Shown one piece after another: positions 1 to 10,313 of a stretch of 32,014 bases of DNA; the first letter of the stretch is position 1, and every line of letters starts with the position of its first letter. Where the stretch lies: assembly GCA_036444275.1 (NCBI GenBank), contig JAZGAD010000056.1, forward strand, positions 1-32,014, given 5' to 3'. The position numbers and the translations under genes are program-made. This DNA is from Candidatus Hydrothermarchaeales archaeon. Its GTDB lineage: Archaea; Hydrothermarchaeota; Hydrothermarchaeia; Hydrothermarchaeales; JAZGAD01. A model generated the notes under the pieces. It was not told the DNA's origin and searched no databases. It worked only from the letters and a program-made list of their open reading frames with translations.

Positions 1-2
1 AA

Positions 3-656
3 TACGACTTAGTTGAAACGATCATTCGAGAGATCAACTCGATTACTAGATTTGTATTTATACCGATGCTCACAAGAAATGACAATAGGGGAGATGGAAA
101 CAAGCTTGATTATAGTCGTGCCAAGGCTGGCTCGAAAAACAAGAATCTTGTAAGATTTCTGGGGACCTGTGTTAAAGAGAACAAGAGGGATATTCGTGAG
201 ATAAAGAAGTACTACGAAAATTATAATATAGAGATAGTCTTCTACCGGGAAGCTGAGTATTTCAACCATCGGGAAAGAGCCAGCTACTTCGAAGGGATAG
301 ATGGAGAACTACTGTCAGGTTCTGTTATAGTTGTGGATCCTGACAATGGCCTAGAGGTTAAGAATTCTAACCATAAACACCTACTATTTAGAGAGGTAGA
401 AGGCCTTTATCAAAAGATGGATAAGTCTTCGATACTGGTATTATTCCAGTTCTTTCCCCGCGTTCATCGGAATACTTATTTATCTAGAAGGTCAAAAGAA
501 TTGAGAGAGAATACTGGTGATCTACCGGTATACATCCATGACAACGATGTCGTATTTTTCGTCCTTACAAAAAACCATAAACTAAAAGAAAAACTGAGTA
601 AAATAATTCTTGAGTACAGGGACTCCTACCCCGAACTAATTACTGGAAACCAATAA
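3..656 (+). CDS. Conserved hypothetical protein with a VVDPDNG motif, 5'-partial (possible Rossmann/methyltransferase-like fold)
   Basis: Frame is open from the window edge (YDLVETIIREINSITRFVFIPMLTR...), so the track start at 66 is internal. A hydrophobic strand precedes DPDNGL. Ends at TAA 654-656. Confidence 0.7.
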   Translation, partial: YDLVETIIREINSITRFVFIPMLTRNDNRGDGNKLDYSRAKAGSKNKNLVRFLGTCVKENKRDIREIKKYYENYNIEIVFYREAEYFNHRERASYFEGIDGELLSGSVIVVDPDNGLEVKNSNHKHLLFREVEGLYQKMDKSSILVLFQFFPRVHRNTYLSRRSKELRENTGDLPVYIHDNDVVFFVLTKNHKLKEKLSKIILEYRDSYPELITGNQ

Positions 657-769
657 GTGGTTGTTTAAGGAAATAGAAACTTGCTTATAGCAAAGACCGT
701 ATTATTTTTCGATGATCGAGTAGTGTTTTATTGTTGTGAGGAAAGGATAAGAGTGGAGTAAACTTAAAA

Positions 770-1510
770 TTGACTACATGTGCTGATGCAATAAGGGAAG
801 CTATGAAAGAACTTGGGGGACTAGCTACAATCAAGGAGGTCAAGGGATTTATAGAAGAGAAGTATCCAGGCAGATGGAAAGACATCAGCACGAATATGGT
901 CGATCTAAGCGTTGATAGCACATCCTCGTCAGTACCCATGGATAAGAGGTTTTTATCTAGAATTGGCAGAGGGAGATACAAACTATTGAATATTAACCAA
1001 GAAGCCGTTGGAAGAAAAATCCCAGTTCAAAAGTTATCCAAGAGCCAAATGTCTCCATTTAAGGAATCCGAAGTAGAAGACCTTCTTGTTGAATGGTTCA
1101 AAAACAAGGGGTATAAGGTTATAACCCAATGCGTGGACGATCCTAACAAGTTCGATGGCATCACAAAATGCAAAACACACTCGATATGGGGTATTGATGT
1201 CGTTGCACAGAAAAAGAGGGACCTCTGGATAATAGAGGTGAAGGGCGAGGACAAGGGAAGAAGTGCATCAGGTAGCGTGAATTTCGCCAGTGGACTAGGG
1301 CAATTGCTGTCCTACATGACTAAATTCGATGATAACATCCACTATGGATTGGCGATCCCCCATCCATCAAAAGACTTCAAAAGTACTATCAAGAAAATGG
1401 GCAAGTCAAAGGCCTTTGAAGAACTGGGAATACATCTATTCCTAGTTGAAAAAGAAGGTGTTGTAAAACATATTCTACCAAATAAATTTCAGGAATTCGT
1501 CAAAGAATAA
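770..1510 (+). CDS. N-terminal winged-HTH-like domain fused to a PD-(D/E)xK endonuclease (Mrr/type IV restriction-like)
   Basis: TTG start after GGAG. E(SEVE)...GIDVVAQK...IIEVKG catalytic motif followed by GLGQLLSY. The N-terminal ~70 aa is helical and ends in RIGRGRYKL. Confidence 0.7.
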   Translation: MTTCADAIREAMKELGGLATIKEVKGFIEEKYPGRWKDISTNMVDLSVDSTSSSVPMDKRFLSRIGRGRYKLLNINQEAVGRKIPVQKLSKSQMSPFKESEVEDLLVEWFKNKGYKVITQCVDDPNKFDGITKCKTHSIWGIDVVAQKKRDLWIIEVKGEDKGRSASGSVNFASGLGQLLSYMTKFDDNIHYGLAIPHPSKDFKSTIKKMGKSKAFEELGIHLFLVEKEGVVKHILPNKFQEFVKE

Positions 1511-1677
1511 TAAATTAATAGATCGTTTCTATACATCTGCTATACATCAATTGTAACCGTGTAGCTACTTAATAGATAAATGGATTTTCTTTATAAAAAA
1601 GGAGTAGGTTCCTCATAGAGACCTACAACACTGAATTTAAGTATAGGGTTCAATTCTCGATAGAACCTTCTCACTTT

Positions 1678-2967
1678 TCATAGAGATAACGAAATACAAA
1701 CCTTTTCCCACACTTCATTCGGACTCCGTCCAAGCACACGTATCATCGCTTCCTTCCCAACAGCGCCAGTGTCGTAGATCACATCAGGCACAGAACCAAG
1801 GTCCTTTATTGCCTGCGTAGTTCCCCATTCCATCGTACTCACCCCCCCCGGCTCTTGCTTTCTATCAAAAGTTGAGACCTTGAACTTCTCCTTAAGCATT
1901 TCAACTGAATCCCCAGAATATCTGATATTCATAGCACACCTAACCGCTGGATCAAAATTCATTGCAGCTAGAACAATGCTCCCGACATGCTTGCTCGCAC
2001 CGAAATCCACCTCACCTGCCCTGACACGATCCCCCATCCGCACTATCCTGCCCCTAACACCGGCGAGGTCCTCAAGGTTGCGTCCACTGGGCATTGCATA
2101 AACAATATTCATGCCTACTTCAGGCACCAACCGATATACCTCCTTGTTTTCCGCTATCTTGCATACAACGCTACGCAGTTCAGACAACACACGGAACTTC
2201 TCAGCTTCCTTCAATACACCTCCAAATTGGTTGGCAACTCTAGCACCCTTACCAGGACTATAAGAACTAGCAATAGCCGTAGATATGAAGTCCTTGGCTT
2301 GAGAAACCGCATCTTTGAGGTCTCGGCCTTTAACGAGGCACGCCGCTATTGCAGATGCGAATGTACAACCAGAGCCATGGACAGAAAAATCAAATTTCTC
2401 TCCTTTGAACACGCTGAACTCACCTTGGTGGTACATTACATCGGTAGCGTTCAGGTGGCCGCCCTTTACCACAACACTACAGCCAAGCTCTGATATTGCC
2501 TCACACGCACGCTTCATATCCTCAACGCTCTTTATCTTTAAACCAGATAGAACCTCAGCCTCAGGAACATTAGGGGTAACAACAAGAGCCCTGGGAAATA
2601 ACCTGTGTTTCAAGGCATCCACTGCATCTTCTCTCAATAGCCTATCACCAGATTGCGCCAGCATCACAGGATCAACGACTAGGGGATAATCACCGACGTC
2701 TTCAGCGACTGCTTCTATTATCTCCTTGTTGCTCAGCATACCTGTCTTTGCAGCCTTTACGTTGAAATCCCTGTGTATGGCAGAGAACTGGGCCTTAATG
2801 AACTTCATCGGCAAATCAAATATCGCCTCAACCCCTTGAGTATTCTGGGCGGTGAGAGAAGTAACGACGCTAACACCGTGTACTCCGAATGCTGCGAAGG
2901 TCTTCAAGTCAGCCTGTACGCCTGCACCGCCTCCGGAGTCAGAGCCAGCTATTGTTAAAGCAGTCAT
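1678..2967 (-). CDS. thiDN: Bifunctional HMP/HMP-P kinase and thiamine-phosphate synthase (ThiD-ThiN fusion)
   Basis: ThiD motifs [42 protein letters not shown]. ThiN motifs PEVGMN, FGASKH, STMEWG, GKEAMIR. Confidence 0.95.
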   Translation of the reverse strand: MTALTIAGSDSGGGAGVQADLKTFAAFGVHGVSVVTSLTAQNTQGVEAIFDLPMKFIKAQFSAIHRDFNVKAAKTGMLSNKEIIEAVAEDVGDYPLVVDPVMLAQSGDRLLREDAVDALKHRLFPRALVVTPNVPEAEVLSGLKIKSVEDMKRACEAISELGCSVVVKGGHLNATDVMYHQGEFSVFKGEKFDFSVHGSGCTFASAIAACLVKGRDLKDAVSQAKDFISTAIASSYSPGKGARVANQFGGVLKEAEKFRVLSELRSVVCKIAENKEVYRLVPEVGMNIVYAMPSGRNLEDLAGVRGRIVRMGDRVRAGEVDFGASKHVGSIVLAAMNFDPAVRCAMNIRYSGDSVEMLKEKFKVSTFDRKQEPGGVSTMEWGTTQAIKDLGSVPDVIYDTGAVGKEAMIRVLGRSPNEVWEKVCISLSL

Positions 2968-3021
2968 GTAGAAAAATTCATTACAAATCTATATATTAGT
3001 ATCCGAAGTAGGGCTTGACAA

Positions 3022-3825
3022 ATGAAAGCAAAGAAATTAATAGACTGGTTCAAGGACAAAGACGGCGTACTAGTAGCATTCTCAGGAGGCGTGGACAGCT
3101 CTGTAGTCGCAAAGGCTGCCTATCTCGCTCTAGGCAACAGGGCAATAGCGACAACTGCCAAATCCAGGACGCTTCCAGCGAGAGAGCTAGAGCTAGCAAA
3201 GAAGACAACCAGTGAGATAGGGATAACACACGAGATCTTCGAAGAAGACGAATTCTCTAACGAGAAATTCGTAGCGAACTCGCCTGAGCGCTGCTACTAC
3301 TGCAGGAAAGGCTTGACCGACGGACTAAAAGAAGTTGCAGTGAAGCATGACATCTCTTGCATCGTTGACGGCGCAAATGCTGACGACACCAAGCAGCATC
3401 GACCCGGGCTAAGGGCGATGAGGGAGAATGGAGTGAGGAGCCCCCTGTTAGAGTTGGGTCTTGGCAAAGAAGAGGTGAGAGAAATAGCCGGGTACTTCGG
3501 TTTATCTGTCAGAGATAAGCCGTCCATGGCATGCCTAGCAAGCAGGATCCCCTACGGTGAGATGATTACAACTGAGAAGCTATCCATGGTGGAGAAGGCG
3601 GAGGACTACCTCCATGAGTTAGGATTCAAGCAGGTGCGGGTCCGCCACCACGATGGAATAGCCCGGATAGAGGTATGTAGGGCGGATATTCCAAAGCTTT
3701 TAGAAGTCAAGGGCGAAGTCGCCGTGCGGCTTCGGAAGTGGGGATTCGCATATGTTACCCTTGACTTGGAGGGCTATCGAAGTGGAAGCATGGACGAGGT
3801 CCTGTCATCGTCACCAAAAAGTTGA
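3022..3825 (+). CDS. larE: ATP-dependent sulfur transferase LarE (PP-loop)
   Basis: AFSGGVDSS PP-loop, RCYYCR, RPGLRA, ACLASRIPYG, QVRVRHH, GYRSGSM. Confidence 0.9.
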   Translation: MKAKKLIDWFKDKDGVLVAFSGGVDSSVVAKAAYLALGNRAIATTAKSRTLPARELELAKKTTSEIGITHEIFEEDEFSNEKFVANSPERCYYCRKGLTDGLKEVAVKHDISCIVDGANADDTKQHRPGLRAMRENGVRSPLLELGLGKEEVREIAGYFGLSVRDKPSMACLASRIPYGEMITTEKLSMVEKAEDYLHELGFKQVRVRHHDGIARIEVCRADIPKLLEVKGEVAVRLRKWGFAYVTLDLEGYRSGSMDEVLSSSPKS

Positions 3826-3826
3826 G

Positions 3827-3839
3827 GTTTTTCTTTTCC
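3827..3839 (+). terminator. Possible oligo-T terminator between convergent larE and apgM
   Basis: GGTTTTTCTTTTC immediately after the larE stop. Confidence 0.35.
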
Positions 3840-3842
3840 AAA

Positions 3843-5012
3843 TTATTTTAGAAGCATCCTCATAAACTCCTCGCCTTCTATCAGACCCAAGGAGCCTCTC
3901 TTTGCAGAAGCCTCATCAAAGGATTCTGCACCATCGCTTTCGCCGTTGGGCGAATATATGGCGAAGGGCACAGGGTCGCGGGCATGGGTCTTCATACTTA
4001 TGGGGGTTGCATGATCTGGCAGGACAGCTATCCTGGCTTCTGTATTGTCTAGCACCTTGCTCACAAGCCTCTTGTCCAAGTCCTCTATGGTCTTGATCTT
4101 CATCTCGAGATCGCCGGCGTGGCTCGCCTCATCAGGAGCTTCAACATGCACGAAGACATAATCCACATCTTCAAGCGCCTTCAAAACCGCTTCTGCCTTG
4201 GCCTCGTAATTGGTGTCATAGTAGCCTGTAGCGCCGGGCACATCAAGCACTTTCATGCCTGCATAGATGCCGATGCCCTTGAGGAGGTCTACCGCTGAAA
4301 CCATTGCGCCGCTAACACCGTACTTCACTTTCATAGGCTCTATCCTCGGCCTCTTTCCCTGCCCCCAAAGCCAGATCAAGTTGGCTGGGTTCTTACCTGC
4401 TTCCTCCCTTTTCTTATTTATCGGGTGCCCTGAAAGCACGGCCTTAGAACCCAAAATCATATAGTTTAGCCTCTTCGCCGCTGGATTATCCCTAGGCTTT
4501 ATTAGGTGCTCCGATATCTTGCCCCCTAATACGTCGTGTGGAGGAGTGCACTCTAGTCCATCGCCGTTTCGCATTACGAATAGGTGGCGGTAGCTCACAC
4601 CCGGATAGAAATCTCCTATATCAAAGGCCTTGTCAAGCTCTCCTATAAGCTCCCTCGCTTCCTCTGACGTTATGTGGTCAGCGCAGTAGTCAGCTATCTC
4701 TCCAGCGTTCTCAGTAATGAGGTTGCACCTAAACGCTAATTCCCCGTCCTCCAGCTCAACGCCGATGCTGGCAGCTTCTAGCGGGCCTCTGCCTGTGTAA
4801 TACTTCCTTGGGTCATAGCCCATAATAGAGAGGTTTGCAATATCCGAGCCTGCGCCCATATTGTGAGGTATGGTACTAAGGAGGCCGCTTTTCCCCCTCG
4901 AAGCTATGCTGTCCATGTTTGGCTTGTTAGCAACCTGCAAGGGAGTCTTACCATCTAACTCATCTAGGGGATAGTCGGCCATGCCGTCCCCAATGATAAC
5001 CACGTACTTCAT
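3843..5012 (-). CDS. apgM: Cofactor-independent phosphoglycerate mutase, archaeal type
   Basis: IGDGMAD, GKTPL, GSDIANLSIMGY, GRGPLEA, GVSYRH, HVEAPDEASH, PDHATP. Confidence 0.93.
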   Translation of the reverse strand: MKYVVIIGDGMADYPLDELDGKTPLQVANKPNMDSIASRGKSGLLSTIPHNMGAGSDIANLSIMGYDPRKYYTGRGPLEAASIGVELEDGELAFRCNLITENAGEIADYCADHITSEEARELIGELDKAFDIGDFYPGVSYRHLFVMRNGDGLECTPPHDVLGGKISEHLIKPRDNPAAKRLNYMILGSKAVLSGHPINKKREEAGKNPANLIWLWGQGKRPRIEPMKVKYGVSGAMVSAVDLLKGIGIYAGMKVLDVPGATGYYDTNYEAKAEAVLKALEDVDYVFVHVEAPDEASHAGDLEMKIKTIEDLDKRLVSKVLDNTEARIAVLPDHATPISMKTHARDPVPFAIYSPNGESDGAESFDEASAKRGSLGLIEGEEFMRMLLK

Positions 5013-5045
5013 GTCAATCTCGCCTTATTGACTAACAAGTAAAAA

Positions 5046-6056
5046 CTAGTACTTGCTCTTCTCCCAAATCTTAATGAGATCACTCAGTATCGCGCTATTA
5101 GTTTCAATCGAGCCGGCACCCTTGCCTACTATGGTTACCTCCCCGGCGATATCAGTTTGGAACAAGGCTACGTTGAGAATCCCCTCTACGTTGAGGGGGT
5201 GAGTCAGCGGCACAAGGCGTGGAGCAACCTCTAAGTTAGAGTTCCGCACCTCGCCTATCAGCTTCACCGCATAGCCGTCCTCCCTAGCGAGTCTCACAGC
5301 TTCAGGGGTTATCTTTCTTATTCCCTGTACTTCCACATCTTTTATGCTTGCATCCATCCCCATTATAGCGCTGGCGAGTATAGCTAGTTTGCTCGCAGTA
5401 TCTATGCCGTCTACATCGTAGGAGGGATCTGCCTCAGCTATCCCCAGCTCCTGGGCTTCTCTCAGCACTATTTCAAAGGGGCTTCCTTCCTTTGCCATCC
5501 TGGTGAGTATATAGTTTGTAGTGCCGTTCAATATACCCTCAATGGCATAGATTTCGTCTCCTGACATAATCTCGTTGGCCAGGTTTATTATTGGCATGGC
5601 ACCGCCTACACTGGCTTCATACCTGAACTCTACTCCATGCTCCTGAGCTTTTTCCTTCAATCTACGAAATTCTAATGCTAGAGGCCCCTTATTGGAGGTC
5701 ACCACGTGCTTCCCTGCCTTCATCGCTGCCAGCATATGCGACAGCCCGGGTTCACCGGTTTCTATGTTAGACGGGGTAGCTTCCAATACGACGTCTGCCT
5801 CGATATCACGTACCGCTTCCAAGCCAGACATATCTCTAGCGCCTTTGCAGCCGGATACGCCCTTCCCCTTCTCGATAGATTTAAGGACCTTGTCTAGGTC
5901 TAAGCCACGCTCGTCGGCCACCGTGCCAGTTATATCTGAGATGGAGACTACTTTTGCTTCCAGGCCATGCCTCTTCTTCAGGTATCTTTTCTTCTTAAGC
6001 AGGACCTTAGCGAAGCCTTGCCCTATGTTGCCGAAGCCTAATAGCTGGATCCTCAT
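5046..6056 (-). CDS. hom: Homoserine dehydrogenase
   Basis: GFGNIG NAD-binding motif, [36 protein letters not shown] at 6056 follows the ACT gene stop. Confidence 0.95.
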   Translation of the reverse strand: MRIQLLGFGNIGQGFAKVLLKKKRYLKKRHGLEAKVVSISDITGTVADERGLDLDKVLKSIEKGKGVSGCKGARDMSGLEAVRDIEADVVLEATPSNIETGEPGLSHMLAAMKAGKHVVTSNKGPLALEFRRLKEKAQEHGVEFRYEASVGGAMPIINLANEIMSGDEIYAIEGILNGTTNYILTRMAKEGSPFEIVLREAQELGIAEADPSYDVDGIDTASKLAILASAIMGMDASIKDVEVQGIRKITPEAVRLAREDGYAVKLIGEVRNSNLEVAPRLVPLTHPLNVEGILNVALFQTDIAGEVTIVGKGAGSIETNSAILSDLIKIWEKSKY

Positions 6057-6057
6057 T

Positions 6058-6552
6058 TTAAACACCCAGTGATTTGATGACGAGTAGGTTCTTCTCTCTA
6101 GCGATATCTTCCAATCGCTGGAGTACCACTTTCACCTTCTTTGGCTCAGATACTTCTATGTCCATCCTGCAGGAGGACTCCTCCTCGGGATGCGGCATCG
6201 CTAGACTGACGTCCAACACCAAGGCGCCCTTGATCTCGTTTATCTTGTCTATGGTGTCTCTCAAATCAGTGTCTACCACATGGCCTATCAGCACGACGGT
6301 GAGCTTATGCTTCTTCTTCACCTCGTCCACCTTGGAGACCCAGATATCCCTCTTCTCCAGTTCCTTCAGAATCTTCTCCAGGTTATCAGGCTCTACCTCC
6401 AGTACCAGAGTTACAGACACTCTGCCCCCCTTTATCTCTTCTCTCAGGTGCACGATGCTGATTATGTTACCCCCGCAGAGGGACACAGGCGCTAGAGCTT
6501 CAACCAGCTGCCCTGGGATATCCTTAAGCACTACTTCTAAACGGACCTTCAT
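6058..6552 (-). CDS. Tandem ACT-domain protein (archaeal allosteric subunit associated with homoserine dehydrogenase)
   Basis: LKDIPGQL...GGNIISIVH and [14 protein letters not shown]. Directly upstream of hom. Start chosen at MKVRLEV. Confidence 0.88.
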   Translation of the reverse strand: MKVRLEVVLKDIPGQLVEALAPVSLCGGNIISIVHLREEIKGGRVSVTLVLEVEPDNLEKILKELEKRDIWVSKVDEVKKKHKLTVVLIGHVVDTDLRDTIDKINEIKGALVLDVSLAMPHPEEESSCRMDIEVSEPKKVKVVLQRLEDIAREKNLLVIKSLGV

Positions 6553-6602
6553 TTCAAACACGGGTATAACTAAGGAAGATATAAATATTAATCGATTTGC
6601 CG

Positions 6603-6881
6603 TCATCTGTATCGAACTTCAAAGGTCTCGAATTCTCCCTGGTATTCATCCCACTGTACTTGCAAGTCATCTACACTGGCATATGGTGGCCCATCCTTAC
6701 ACCATCCCAGCATCCTCTCCAGTGCCTCTTTCTCACCCTCAAAGACAGCCTCTACCCGGCCATCCCACATATTCCTGACCCAGCCCGTTATCCCTAGCTG
6801 TATTGCCTTTTCCCTGGTGTTAGCTCTAAAGAACACGCCCTGCACCCTTCCAGATATGAAAACATGGGCCCTGGCTTTCAT
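6603..6881 (-). CDS. acyP: Acylphosphatase
   Basis: SGRVQGVFFR, GWVRN, GPPYASV. Confidence 0.95.
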   Translation of the reverse strand: MKARAHVFISGRVQGVFFRANTREKAIQLGITGWVRNMWDGRVEAVFEGEKEALERMLGWCKDGPPYASVDDLQVQWDEYQGEFETFEVRYR

Positions 6882-7022
6882 TTTAAATCATCCAAGTAGG
6901 GTTTGCAATAGAGGAGTTCGGTTTAACTATACTTCTCATAACATATAAATAAGCCTTCTCTTGAAGCATATGCCCCACACCAAGAGCCAATGTTTATATA
7001 CCCCTCTTCCCCCTCTTTAATT

Positions 7023-7682
7023 ATGCAATCGGCAGCTGTGATTCCAGCTTACAATGAAGCGAAAACTATCCGCAAAGTAGTGGAACAAACAAGAAATTTC
7101 GTAAACAAGGTAGTCGTGGTTGATGATGGTTCTAATGATGCTACTGCCATCGAGGCGGAGGGAGGCGGAGCAGAGGTGATTTCCTATCGGCGGAACCGCG
7201 GCAAAGCCCATGCCATCAGGCTTGGATTTAGGGAATGCAGAGACTGCGATGTAGTAGTTGTATTGGACGCTGATCTCCAGCACTTGCCTGAAGAGATTCC
7301 GCTGCTGCTTAAATGCATAGATGATGGAAGCGATCTCTGCATAGGGAGTAGGGCACTCAAAGTTAATAATATGCCCTCTTCTAGGAGGTTATCCAACTGG
7401 GTTGCCTCTACGCTTATAGGCCGCCTCATCGGCAAACGAATTACTGATCCACAGTCGGGTTTCAGGGCTATTAGGGGGGAGAAGCTAGGGCTCTTAGAGC
7501 TGAGGGCCGAACGCTATGCAATAGAGCATGTCATGATCTTGGAGGCTGCTAGGAAAGGATTTAAAATATGCGAGGTTCCTGTGTCCTGCAGGTACGCTGG
7601 CGAAGAATCAGATATAAAGATGGTGAGGGATACGGTAAGGGTAATCTATTACATATCAAGATTTTTGGTGGCGAGGAGATGA
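7023..7682 (+). CDS. Glycosyltransferase family 2, DPM1/polyprenol-phosphate glycosyltransferase-like
   Basis: VIPAYNEA, VVDDGSND, NRGKAHA, DADLQH, TDPQSGFRA. Confidence 0.9.
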   Translation: MQSAAVIPAYNEAKTIRKVVEQTRNFVNKVVVVDDGSNDATAIEAEGGGAEVISYRRNRGKAHAIRLGFRECRDCDVVVVLDADLQHLPEEIPLLLKCIDDGSDLCIGSRALKVNNMPSSRRLSNWVASTLIGRLIGKRITDPQSGFRAIRGEKLGLLELRAERYAIEHVMILEAARKGFKICEVPVSCRYAGEESDIKMVRDTVRVIYYISRFLVARR

Positions 7683-8692
7683 TAGTCTATTCCGAGAAAT
7701 ATCTGGGGCACAATCAAGAATATCACCCAGAGAACAATCAGAGATTAAAGGCGATAATGAATCACCTGACCCGAGAGGATGTATTCGAGAAGGTGCCACT
7801 GCTAGAGCCCTATGCCGCTAGGGAAGAGGACATCCTAAGGGTGCATACTCGGGATTATTACCAACAAATGGAGAGCCTTTCCCTAGAAGGGGAAGGAATG
7901 CTGGATGCAGATACCTATCTCACTGAAGACAGCTTTTCAGTGGCACTGCTAGCCGCTGGTGGACTAATGACGTGTGTTGACAAAGCCTTCGAGGGATACG
8001 ATTTCTCCTTTGCACTGATAAGACCCCCGGGGCACCATGCTACTCAAGATAAGGCAATGGGCTTCTGCATCTTCAACAACGTTGCTGTTGGAGCGAGTTA
8101 TGCAATCAAGAAATACAACCTTGATAGGGTCTTCATTCTGGACTACGACGTTCACCACGGCAATGGAACCCAAGATATATTCTATTCAGATCCAAAGGTA
8201 TGCTATCTCTCACTGCATCAACATCCCTTCTATCCAGGCACTGGGAGCGCTGAGGAAGTGGGGGATGGGAAGGGAGAAGGCTACACTGTGAATATCCCTC
8301 TGCCGCCTATGATATGTGACGAAAGCTATCTGAGAGCTTTTAGAGAGATCGCAGTCCCCATACTGGAGCAATTTGAACCTCAACTAATCATTGTTTCAGC
8401 TGGCTACGACTCCCATCACGATGACCCGCTAGGTGGAATGAAACTCTCCACCAAGTGCTACTACGAGATATCCAATAAGCTGAGAGAGACAAACTGCAAG
8501 GTGATCTTCGCTCTAGAGGGAGGTTATAATCTTAAGGTGCTGCCGGCTTCCGTCTATGCTACTATTGCTCCCTTATTTCACCTCCCGGTTGGACTAGAGG
8601 AAACCATAGAGGAGGACAAGAGGATTACAGACTACGTGGACTCAAAGATTGCTGCCTATAAAAGGGAACTCTCAAGGTACTGGAGTTTTTAA
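7679..8692 (+). CDS. Histone deacetylase family (Zn-dependent, AcuC/HdaH-like) deacetylase
   Basis: HPE, RPPGHHA, GFCIFNN, DYDVHHGNGTQ, YPGTG, SAGYD, EGGY. SD GAGGAG and ATGA overlap with the GT2 stop. Confidence 0.92.
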   Translation: MIVYSEKYLGHNQEYHPENNQRLKAIMNHLTREDVFEKVPLLEPYAAREEDILRVHTRDYYQQMESLSLEGEGMLDADTYLTEDSFSVALLAAGGLMTCVDKAFEGYDFSFALIRPPGHHATQDKAMGFCIFNNVAVGASYAIKKYNLDRVFILDYDVHHGNGTQDIFYSDPKVCYLSLHQHPFYPGTGSAEEVGDGKGEGYTVNIPLPPMICDESYLRAFREIAVPILEQFEPQLIIVSAGYDSHHDDPLGGMKLSTKCYYEISNKLRETNCKVIFALEGGYNLKVLPASVYATIAPLFHLPVGLEETIEEDKRITDYVDSKIAAYKRELSRYWSF

Positions 8693-8700
8693 ATCTTTGT

Positions 8701-9504
8701 TCAGAAGAAGAACCTCTCCCTCACAGCATCTATGTTCTCTCCCACTACCTCTATCCTCTTGAGTGTTGATTCTCCAAAGCCGTAGTAGGCAGCCTTCACT
8801 ATGTGCTCCACCTGGCCTGGATTTAGCCCCATGACCTTGCAACAGACGGTATCTAATGCTACCGCGTCGGTGCTCGCGAGTACGAGGTCCATTCTCTTAG
8901 GGTAACCCTTTATCTCGTCTCCCTCCATGGCTATCATACCGTCCATTATGTTCAGGTCTGGCTTTCTAATCTTCATGAGGTCACATATCGTCTCAACTAG
9001 CTTGGGGTGGTATGTCGCTTTCTTCCCTGGTATTATCCCAAGGAGGTTCATCAGGCTAAGGCTCACTGTCGCGAGCGAGTGGGTCTTCATTACAGGAAGG
9101 TTTACCAAGACGTCGGCTTTCATTACGGTACGTGGAGTCTTGAAGTCTTTGAAGACACTGTAGTCACGCTTCACAGGGATACAGATATCACTGCTCAGGT
9201 TTACGAATTTAGCGCCGTAGTAGTCGCATATGTCCTTGGCACCTGTGGCCTCGAAAGCTTCCTCTGCAGTTGTGTAGTAGCCGTTGCTCTCGACGACGAT
9301 ACGCTCTTCGGCTAGGCCTTCATAGAGCTTCAGAACCTGCTCTAAGATTCGTAGATCAGTTGTGGCGCCGGTGCTGAAGTGCTTTGGGACACAGAAATTG
9401 GGTTTTATTACAACAGTCTCACAGATATCTGGAGTGAATCCTATAAGCTCCAGCGCCCTGTTTACATCAGGGGTATCATTCTTCACTATGCTGACTTTCG
9501 TCAT
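8701..9504 (-). CDS. DUF362 domain protein
   Basis: VVIKPN, GATTD, NLPVMKTH, DGMIAMEG, STDAVALD. Confidence 0.85.
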   Translation of the reverse strand: MTKVSIVKNDTPDVNRALELIGFTPDICETVVIKPNFCVPKHFSTGATTDLRILEQVLKLYEGLAEERIVVESNGYYTTAEEAFEATGAKDICDYYGAKFVNLSSDICIPVKRDYSVFKDFKTPRTVMKADVLVNLPVMKTHSLATVSLSLMNLLGIIPGKKATYHPKLVETICDLMKIRKPDLNIMDGMIAMEGDEIKGYPKRMDLVLASTDAVALDTVCCKVMGLNPGQVEHIVKAAYYGFGESTLKRIEVVGENIDAVRERFFF

Positions 9505-9790
9505 TTCCAGCCCGCCACACAGTATTAAGTTCTTTACTTTATCCCAACTAAGTGTCACATCTCAGCCGAACACTCACTTATTCTCCTTTAACTTTTGAGC
9601 TTCTTTAATATTACTCTTTCGATTATTTTTCCTTTCTTGTAGACCTAAAAGCGGTTTCTCTTTCATTTGATGCTTAAAACTGAACTTAGCTAACCCCAAG
9701 CCAGAACATCCACATACTTAGGATATAGACGGACGAACAGACAGAAAGCCAAAGGTAAGATTTTTAACCCTGTAGGGGAAATGCAGATTT

Positions 9791-10270
9791 ATGTTCGGTG
9801 AAGAGGAATTCAAACAAGCTTTGAAAGCGTATGAGAAGGAAACCACTGCGAAGAGAAGCGAGGACTTCACCTCCTTGAAGAAGAATAATACTTTCTTCGC
9901 AGATATTACGAGCAGCGACGCGTTTAAGGAACAGGTTCTGTGTTTTATTCAGCTAAGCTCCAAGATGAATAGGGACGAATACGGACATAGATACGTGCTT
10001 CAAACATTTCTATCGGAGTTCTGCAAGTACCTGGATAAGGACTTCCTATTCACGATCACCGAAGGCAAGGCCTTCTTTGAGACGAAGGAGAAGCTCAAGG
10101 AATTCACAGGAAAGATATATGAATCCCATAAGAAGTTCACCCAAAGTGTGGCCCTTTACAGCCTAGAGCACCTCATCGAAGACTATGGGACGCTACTCCG
10201 CTACATAGAACAACAAGGAGAAACTAGGACAGAGGAAACCGGGAGCGCTTTCGGAAGCTTCTGGGGCTGA
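9791..10270 (+). CDS. Hypothetical alpha-helical protein
   Basis: 159-aa ORF with GGGGA SD, an upstream TTTTTAA box and host-like codon usage. No recognised motif. Confidence 0.75.
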   Translation: MFGEEEFKQALKAYEKETTAKRSEDFTSLKKNNTFFADITSSDAFKEQVLCFIQLSSKMNRDEYGHRYVLQTFLSEFCKYLDKDFLFTITEGKAFFETKEKLKEFTGKIYESHKKFTQSVALYSLEHLIEDYGTLLRYIEQQGETRTEETGSAFGSFWG

Positions 10271-10313
10271 CACGCCTAGTTCAGCTCTCAGTAGACCTCT
10301 CAGCTTCAGCCTA

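Noticed and set aside
1644-1668. GGGTTCAATTCTCG resembling a tRNA T-arm (possible att site at the island edge)
   Set aside because: The stem does not pair as a T-arm and no acceptor strand follows. It fits better as a weak hairpin near the thiDN end.
7568-7678. Longer N-termini in the track for HDAC (also hom, ACT, DUF362, thiL, tbp)
   Set aside because: They overlap neighbouring genes or promoters. Downstream ATGs match the family N-termini and, in several cases, SD positions.
9574-9666. 30-aa Lys-rich minus-strand ORF (MKEKPLLGLQERKNN...)
   Set aside because: No SD or recognisable ribosomal-protein motif. Explained by the T-rich intergenic composition.
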